NCBI GenBank assembly: GCA_048938445.1
Contig: JBHLME010000021.1
Location: 1-43,840, forward strand
Length of the DNA stretch: 43,840 nt
DNA from: Promethearchaeota archaeon
GTDB taxonomy: Archaea > Asgardarchaeota > Lokiarchaeia > Sigyniarchaeales > SOKP01
Direction: 5' to 3'
Shown here: in pieces, positions 38,489 to 43,840 of the stretch
How the letters are laid out: each line of letters starts with the position of its first letter
How positions within the stretch are numbered: position 1 is the first letter of the stretch
Notes under the pieces: model-generated
Database searches by the model: none
What the model was told of the DNA's origin: nothing
The model's input: the letters and a program-made list of their open reading frames with translations, nothing else
Translations under genes and position numbers: made by a program

Positions 38489-38809
38489 ATGATTATCTTT
38501 ATATTGAATCCTAATTTATTTTTAAATATTCTAACTCTGCTACTCAACATATTGACAATAATGAAGAATTGGATTAGATTAACTCTGTTTTATATCGGTC
38601 GTTCAAAAAAACATGAAATTTTTAGAGTAAAAAAGTGGAATCGCAGTCTCGAGAAGATTTTTAAAAAATCTGTTTATAATGCCAATTATGAAGAAATAGG
38701 TAGAGTTAAAGACATATTTGGACCAATTGATTTACCATTCATATCTATCAAAGCTGTTCCGAGTCAAGAATTTAATCAAAATACTAATGTCTATATAAAA
38801 GTATCATAA
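38489..38809 (+). CDS. gar1: H/ACA RNP component Gar1
   Basis: VY..IGRVKDIFGPIDLPFISIK; canonical position upstream of tfb; the true start may be the ATG at 38561. Confidence 0.8.
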   Translation: MIIFILNPNLFLNILTLLLNILTIMKNWIRLTLFYIGRSKKHEIFRVKKWNRSLEKIFKKSVYNANYEEIGRVKDIFGPIDLPFISIKAVPSQEFNQNTNVYIKVS

Positions 38810-38830
38810 TAAAACTGATTACGTGTATAG

Positions 38831-39808
38831 GTGAGAACGATTACAAGTTGGAATGTAAGCAAGGTTGAACGAAAAGAAAGAAATAGTGAAGAAAGAATTT
38901 GTCTGGAGTGTGGACAAGATGTTTTTTTCGATGAAAATAGGGGTTATACTGTTTGTGAGGAATGCGGTTTGATTCATTCTGAAAAGCACATTGATCGTGG
39001 TCCTGAGTGGCGAGCATTTGATGCAGATCAAAAGAAAAAGAGAACTAGGACTGGAGCACCCATGACTTATATGATTCATGATAAAGGACTTAGTACGATG
39101 ATTGATTGGAAGAATAAAGATATTTTTGGTAAAGAAATTCCTGCTAAATTACGAGGTCAAATTTATAGATTAAGAAAATGGCAAAGCAGAATCCGAATTT
39201 CTGATGCTACCGAAAGAAATTTGACATTTGCTTTAAGCGAATTGGATCGAATGGCCTCAAATCTCGATCTTCAAAAGAATTTACGTGAATGCGCGGCAAA
39301 AATATATCGTGACGCTGTTGAAAATCATTTAATTCGGGGTAGAAGTATTGAGGGTGTTGCTGCTGCCAGTTTATATGCTGCCTGTCGTCGTTTTAAAGTA
39401 CCTCGTACATTAAATGAAATTTCAGAAGTCGCTCGAGTAGATAAAAAAGAGATTGGTAGATCTTTTCGATTCATAACTTCAGAATTAGATTTAAATTTAA
39501 ATCCAACAAAAGCTTTAGATTTTCTTAGTCGTTTTATTTCTGAGTTGAAATTAAGCACTGAATGCCAAAAATTGGCAAAAAAAATAATACTTCAAGCTGA
39601 AAGGAGAGGTCTTACTTCTGGTCGCGCTCCAGTAGGTCTTTGTGCAGCATCCATTTATGCTGCTTCAATTTTGGCAAAAGAAAGAAGGACTCAAAGATAT
39701 ATTGCTCAAATTGCTGGAGTAACTGAAGTAACTGTTCGCAATCGTCTCTCAGAATTAGTAGAAAGTTTAAATTTGTCAATCTCGTTAAAAAAGAAATTAG
39801 ATGAATAG
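38831..39808 (+). CDS. tfb: Transcription initiation factor IIB
   Basis: CLEC..CEECG Zn ribbon, GPEWRAF, HDKGLST, RLRKWQ and two cyclin repeats (GRSIE; VTEVTVRNR). Confidence 0.98.
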   Translation: MRTITSWNVSKVERKERNSEERICLECGQDVFFDENRGYTVCEECGLIHSEKHIDRGPEWRAFDADQKKKRTRTGAPMTYMIHDKGLSTMIDWKNKDIFGKEIPAKLRGQIYRLRKWQSRIRISDATERNLTFALSELDRMASNLDLQKNLRECAAKIYRDAVENHLIRGRSIEGVAAASLYAACRRFKVPRTLNEISEVARVDKKEIGRSFRFITSELDLNLNPTKALDFLSRFISELKLSTECQKLAKKIILQAERRGLTSGRAPVGLCAASIYAASILAKERRTQRYIAQIAGVTEVTVRNRLSELVESLNLSISLKKKLDE

Positions 39809-40011
39809 AAATTTTTAAAATATCTACTCAAATATTTAATTCGGTTATAATTTTAAAATTCTTTTAATACTATTCACTTCTTTAGTTTCTTACCTTATAA
39901 CATAAATACTTGTAATGTGCATATATCTACATATCACATGAGTTTATGATTATTGAATCCAACTACTTCAATACATAAGAGCACTATTTATTCAATCTTG
40001 GTGATTAAAAA

Positions 40012-40365
40012 GTGAAAAATTTGTTGGTAAGTAATACTCAAGCAGATTATTTTCTCTATAACGTGGAAAAAAGACTTTCTAGTCATTTTCATGCAGGTGT
40101 TATCTGTGATAAAGATGGTTTCATCATATCAGCAAGAATACCTAGAAAAAATCAGCATTTATTAAATGCTAATACAATAGCTTTATCAGCTATTGCCAAT
40201 AAAAAGAAAAAAGTTAAAAATTCAGAGTATATTCAAGTGATTAGAGATTTAGATGATTCAAAAAACATTCTTTTAATTGTTTTATTAAGAAGAGATAGTT
40301 TTGAGAAAATTTTAACCCATTTCAGAGAACTAAATAAAATTTTATCCGTCCAAGAAATTTTTTAG
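40012..40365 (+). CDS. Divergent Roadblock/LC7-like protein
   Basis: Helix, then AGVICDKDGFIISA, then helix (NTIALSAIA), strands and a terminal helix. Confidence 0.5.
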   Translation: MKNLLVSNTQADYFLYNVEKRLSSHFHAGVICDKDGFIISARIPRKNQHLLNANTIALSAIANKKKKVKNSEYIQVIRDLDDSKNILLIVLLRRDSFEKILTHFRELNKILSVQEIF

Positions 40366-40559
40366 TAAACATATAATTAATTTATCATCTAATAGTTATT
40401 CGTGCTATTTGGAATAACATGTATTTTATTAATTAAATTTATTTAAATGTATTTTCATTACATTCTTAGATTAAAAATTTGAGTTCAATTTGAATAATTT
40501 CATAATTAAAATAATAGAACAATATTTTACTAATAATTTAAGAAGAAGTATTTTATGAG

Positions 40560-41030
40560 TTGATATGTTTGAGTTATTCTCGGGATGAACAAATATTAAA
40601 AAAAATTATAAATACGATTATTAATAGCACGGCAGGATTGATACATGTTCTAATCGTAGATGATACGGGAATAACCATTTTAAGTGAGTCTAAATTCCAT
40701 TTCATGGATAATGATACTACAGTGGAGAAAATCGGTGCTATAGGAAGCGCAGTATTCATTGCTAATGAAGAACAAGGGCAAATTTTAGGATATGGAAATA
40801 TAGGAATTCAAATAACGGAATACGAGGATGGAATGATTTTTTCAGCAAAAGCAGGGAATGGTGTATTATGCATTGCCACAGATCCGAACGTTCAAATAGG
40901 ATTCATACGAGCTATATTAAAGAAGTATGCTCCAACGGTAACTAAAGTATTGTCCAGTTATTTAAAGCAAGAACAAGTTTCATTAAGTGACGATATAAAA
41001 GAAATTTTATCAGAAGATTTGACATCCTAA
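40560..41030 (+). CDS. Roadblock/LC7 (MglB/LAMTOR-like) protein
   Basis: LIHVLIVDDTGITILS..EKIGAIGSAVF..QITEYEDGMIF..GVLCIATDPNVQIGFIRAILK. Confidence 0.85.
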   Translation: MICLSYSRDEQILKKIINTIINSTAGLIHVLIVDDTGITILSESKFHFMDNDTTVEKIGAIGSAVFIANEEQGQILGYGNIGIQITEYEDGMIFSAKAGNGVLCIATDPNVQIGFIRAILKKYAPTVTKVLSSYLKQEQVSLSDDIKEILSEDLTS

Positions 41031-41081
41031 ACAAAAATTACTTATTTTTAAAATTAAGTTCCAAATTTAAAAGAATAATCA

Positions 41082-41367
41082 GCACGTATTGTTGCCTGAG
41101 GCACTAACACAATTTTTTCACTTATAGGGAATACCAAATAATCAAAAATGTTCTCTCGTGTCAGGCGATAATTTTCATGCCTTTTTGGGACATAATCTGT
41201 TAGCAACCTGGGTACTGACTCACACCTCATCGCTTTGGTACTTACCTTTGCTTGGTAAAGAGCCCATTTTGTTTGCCTATAATGATTATTAAACTCAGGA
41301 TGTATGCACTTCTTTGCACTTATAATCATCTAAGCATCATATAAGTCCTCGATAATGCAGATGTTCC
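41082..41367 (+). ncRNA. Candidate structured non-coding RNA of unknown family
   Basis: About 38% GC (114/300 counted over 41081-41380). Nested helices with G-U pairs that work only on the + strand, including a 12-bp stem 41088-41099/41161-41172. Confidence 0.5.
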
Positions 41368-41416
41368 TTCATTGCTTTCCCAATATACATATAACTTATG
41401 TTAAATAAAAAGATTT

Positions 41417-41869
41417 TCATCTATTTTCCATTCTATCAATTAAGCTACTCAGACAATTTAATAATACATTTTTTATCTTTTCATAGCATATGTCAATCTC
41501 TATATCATCCTCACGAAAATCATCAAATTTGTAAAAAGCTTTAAATATTTTTGGTGTAGAAATAATTTTTTGAGTCGCATCTACTAAAAATGACCACGTT
41601 AGTCTTGAATCATATTCGATTTTCATTATTAAGGATAACATGGCCATTTCTCTATTACCTCTAGCCCACTCTGAATGAACTTCGAAATACAAATTTAAAA
41701 TTCTCTTTTTCCTATTAATTAGAACGATTTCAAAAAAGGTTTCATTTATGTCCAAATCAAAAAACTTCATGAGCCTAAGTATGATGTCTTCCTCTAACTG
41801 TGCATCTGGGAATGATAAAAAAATTGATGGACCTTTGATTCGATTGAAATATGTAAGAACTAAATGCAT
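41417..41869 (-). CDS. Longin/uDENN-like protein
   Basis: N-terminus MHLVLTYFNRIKGPSIFLSFP resembles the F-x4-GP hairpin of uDENN/NPR2-type longins; later strands LNLYFEV and MLSLIM. Confidence 0.55.
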   Translation of the reverse strand: MHLVLTYFNRIKGPSIFLSFPDAQLEEDIILRLMKFFDLDINETFFEIVLINRKKRILNLYFEVHSEWARGNREMAMLSLIMKIEYDSRLTWSFLVDATQKIISTPKIFKAFYKFDDFREDDIEIDICYEKIKNVLLNCLSSLIDRMENR

Positions 41870-41977
41870 AATAATATACTATCTGAAAAAATTCTAAACT
41901 ACTCTATTAAAATAAACGTGAATATAAAATTTTAACTAATATGTGAAATCATAGAAAAAATAAAAAAAATAAAGAAT

Positions 41978-42730
41978 TTAGGCTTTACCATATCTTTTAA
42001 ATAATTCTATACCAATCACGATAATTATAGCACTTATAATTGAAACTATTACTAAATTAGTCCATATACTTGGTTCTGTTAAGAGTTTACCCTCAAAAAT
42101 GTTTATTAACGAGTCAGTTACATAGTAACTTGGAAGGAACATTGCAATTGGTCTAGTCGTATCAGTCAATGGTACAAATGTTCCGAAAAACATCTGAGGT
42201 AAGATAAATATAAATGCTAATCCCGTTGCAATTCCAGAATTTTTGGAAATTGTGGCAGTTATCAATCCTAATCCCACGGAGCATATTGAAAGGATACCTA
42301 CAAAGACAAAAGCCAATAAATATCCAAGAAGACCTCCTTTAGGATTGAATCCCATTATGAAAGTAAATAAAGCTACAATAAATACCTGTAGAAGTGAAAG
42401 AAGGGTATTTGAAATGACATGGCTCCCCATAAATTCTCCAGAAGTTGTTGGAGTGACATTTATTCTTTTGAGTAATCCTTGTTCTCGATCATCAGTGAAA
42501 GCTTGAGCTACAGTCATTATTATAAAAATACACGCATAGGAAAATAAACCTGGTACCATAAATGTAAATTGAGATACATTAGGTTCTCCACTCGGAATAC
42601 TACTAAATGTAAGCCCAAATATTAGAGTTAATGCTGCTGGAAATAATATCATCAAGAAAAGATAAGCAGGTTCTCTTATGATCTTCTTTAGCTCCATTTT
42701 TACTAAGGCTGAAATTCTTTGCATGTTCAT
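41978..42730 (-). CDS. ABC-2 type transporter permease
   Basis: About six TM helices; FMVPG, DREQGLLKRINVTP and PQMFFGTFVP. Confidence 0.92.
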   Translation of the reverse strand: MNMQRISALVKMELKKIIREPAYLFLMILFPAALTLIFGLTFSSIPSGEPNVSQFTFMVPGLFSYACIFIIMTVAQAFTDDREQGLLKRINVTPTTSGEFMGSHVISNTLLSLLQVFIVALFTFIMGFNPKGGLLGYLLAFVFVGILSICSVGLGLITATISKNSGIATGLAFIFILPQMFFGTFVPLTDTTRPIAMFLPSYYVTDSLINIFEGKLLTEPSIWTNLVIVSIISAIIIVIGIELFKRYGKA

Positions 42731-42732
42731 TT

Positions 42733-43539
42733 TTAAATCCCCTCCATAATCCTTCTCCCTGTAATTTTCATAAATACTTCCTCTAAATTTTTTGCTCCAT
42801 GTTTCTCCATTAATTCTTTGGGATGTCCGAGTTCTATTAACTCACCATAATCAATTATTGCAACATTATCGCTAAGTGCCTCCGCTTCCTCGATATAATG
42901 AGTTGTTAAAATAACAGTTTTATTTTGCTCTTTAAGAGAACTTATAAATTCCCATGTTTTTCTTCGAGCTCGAGGATCCATTCCAACAGTAGGTTCATCG
43001 AGAAAAACTATATATGGATTATTTACTAAAGCTATCAATAGATTTATTTGACGAAGCATTCCACCACTGTAACCTTTTGTTTTTCTTTTGCTAGCTTCAT
43101 TAAAAGTAACCGCATTTAAGAGATCATCTACTCTTTGTTTTAATTCCTTTTTATTCATAGTGTGTAAATTGCCAAAGAGTTCTATATTTTCTCTTCCTGT
43201 AAGGAATTTATATATTGCTGCTTCTTGGGGGCAAACACCAATGAATTTTTTAACCTTTTTCAGAGACTTTCTTACATTGTATCCTCCTACATATGCATCT
43301 CCACTTGTAGGTTTTAACAAACCAATCATCATATTAATTGTGGTAGTTTTTCCAGCACCGTTGGGTCCTAATAATCCAAAAATTTCACCCTCTTTTACTT
43401 CAAAGCTTAGATCATTTACCGCTGTGATATTATCGAACTTTTTTACGAGATTTTTAATAACAATAGCTTTACCATGTTCCGGATCATAAACATCTTCAGG
43501 GCCATTTAAAGTCCTTTTTTTTTTTAATTTTTTTAACAT
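42733..43539 (-). CDS. ABC transporter ATP-binding protein (multidrug exporter type)
   Basis: GPNGAGKTT, YSGGM, LDEPTVGMDP and LTTHY. Confidence 0.95.
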   Translation of the reverse strand: MLKKLKKKRTLNGPEDVYDPEHGKAIVIKNLVKKFDNITAVNDLSFEVKEGEIFGLLGPNGAGKTTTINMMIGLLKPTSGDAYVGGYNVRKSLKKVKKFIGVCPQEAAIYKFLTGRENIELFGNLHTMNKKELKQRVDDLLNAVTFNEASKRKTKGYSGGMLRQINLLIALVNNPYIVFLDEPTVGMDPRARRKTWEFISSLKEQNKTVILTTHYIEEAEALSDNVAIIDYGELIELGHPKELMEKHGAKNLEEVFMKITGRRIMEGI

Positions 43540-43677
43540 TTTTTTTTATCACCTTATCTTCTATTTAAAAAGGTAATTTTAATATTTAATATTAAAATAT
43601 TAAAAACAACATATAATATTAACGCGTTGGTCTTATGGGTAAAAAGGGTAAAAATTATGATGAAAATGGGCGATCTT

Positions 43678-43693
43678 TCACCCTAAAGGGTGA
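43678..43693. repeat. Palindrome sharing the CCTTTAGG core with the 6008 hairpin
   Basis: TCACCCT-AA-AGGGTGA; the reverse complement reads TCACCCTTTAGGGTGA. Confidence 0.35.
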
Positions 43694-43840
43694 TAAAATG
43701 TACATGAAAAAAAAAGATTTTTTTTTAATTCCTAATAATTAATGGTTTGACGGCTACATAGAATTATTTATAACTATTATATTTAAAGAAAATTTTAAAA
43801 AATGATACTCTTTTTTGAACTTGAGATATTAAAGATATCC

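Noticed and set aside
39925-39980. Hairpin TTATG..TATTGAA/TTCAATA..CATAA upstream of the first Roadblock-like gene
   Set aside because: Almost entirely A-T pairs in AT-rich DNA and lacking a SECIS GA/GA core; not distinguishable from chance.
41054-41329. 91-aa minus-strand ORF as a protein gene
   Set aside because: No recognisable motif, composition unlike neighbouring proteins, and the opposite strand carries extensive G-U-containing helices. Not fully excluded, because the ORF is fairly long for chance.
41082-41390. Identity as RNase P RNA, SRP RNA, SECIS or H/ACA RNA
   Set aside because: No GAGGAAAGUCC/P4 geometry, no SRP helix-8 GNRA motif, no upstream selenoprotein, and no clear K-turn or pseudouridylation pocket.
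1512-43489. Short antisense or nested ORFs in the track (e.g. 1512, 2479, 4933, 5722, 6826, 10018, 10161, 11567, 14478, 14996, 15546, 16227, 18027, 18748, 21255, 22743, 29448, 30756, 31883, 32693, 35334, 38819, 39325, 40574, 42243, 43088)
   Set aside because: Shadows of well-supported genes, with no independent motifs.

Overview
This is a very AT-rich archaeal window. Gene content points to an Asgard archaeon, probably Lokiarchaeia/Promethearchaeota (inferred from archaeal ribosomal genes, TFB, Gar1, ArcS/RaSEA and several Roadblock- and longin-fold proteins). The core is a translation/RNA-processing cluster (tRNA-Gly, nep1, rnp4, yhbY, rps19e, PDCD5-like, rpl39e, rpl31e, aIF6, rplX, pfdA, ftsY, secE, dnaG), plus ahcY, arcS-raSEA, gar1-tfb and an ABC exporter. 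Accessory content: two tandem membrane proteins with C-terminal longin-like domains, two related orphan 7TM proteins, an FG-GAP-type propeller fused to about 7 TM helices next to a Get3/ArsA ATPase, and a four-PAS histidine kinase. Features missing from the ORF track: tRNA-Gly(TCC), rpl39e, an mgsA pseudogene, a DUF4177-like pseudogene and three small Cys/His-rich ORFs that can only start at ATT/ATA; a short track ORF (26907..27155) is a diverged relic of the ahcY 3' end. The most unexplained feature is a roughly 300-nt, GC-elevated, extensively base-paired element (41082-41367) between a Roadblock gene and a longin/uDENN-like gene, a candidate novel ncRNA. All family calls come from motif recognition by eye; no searches were run.
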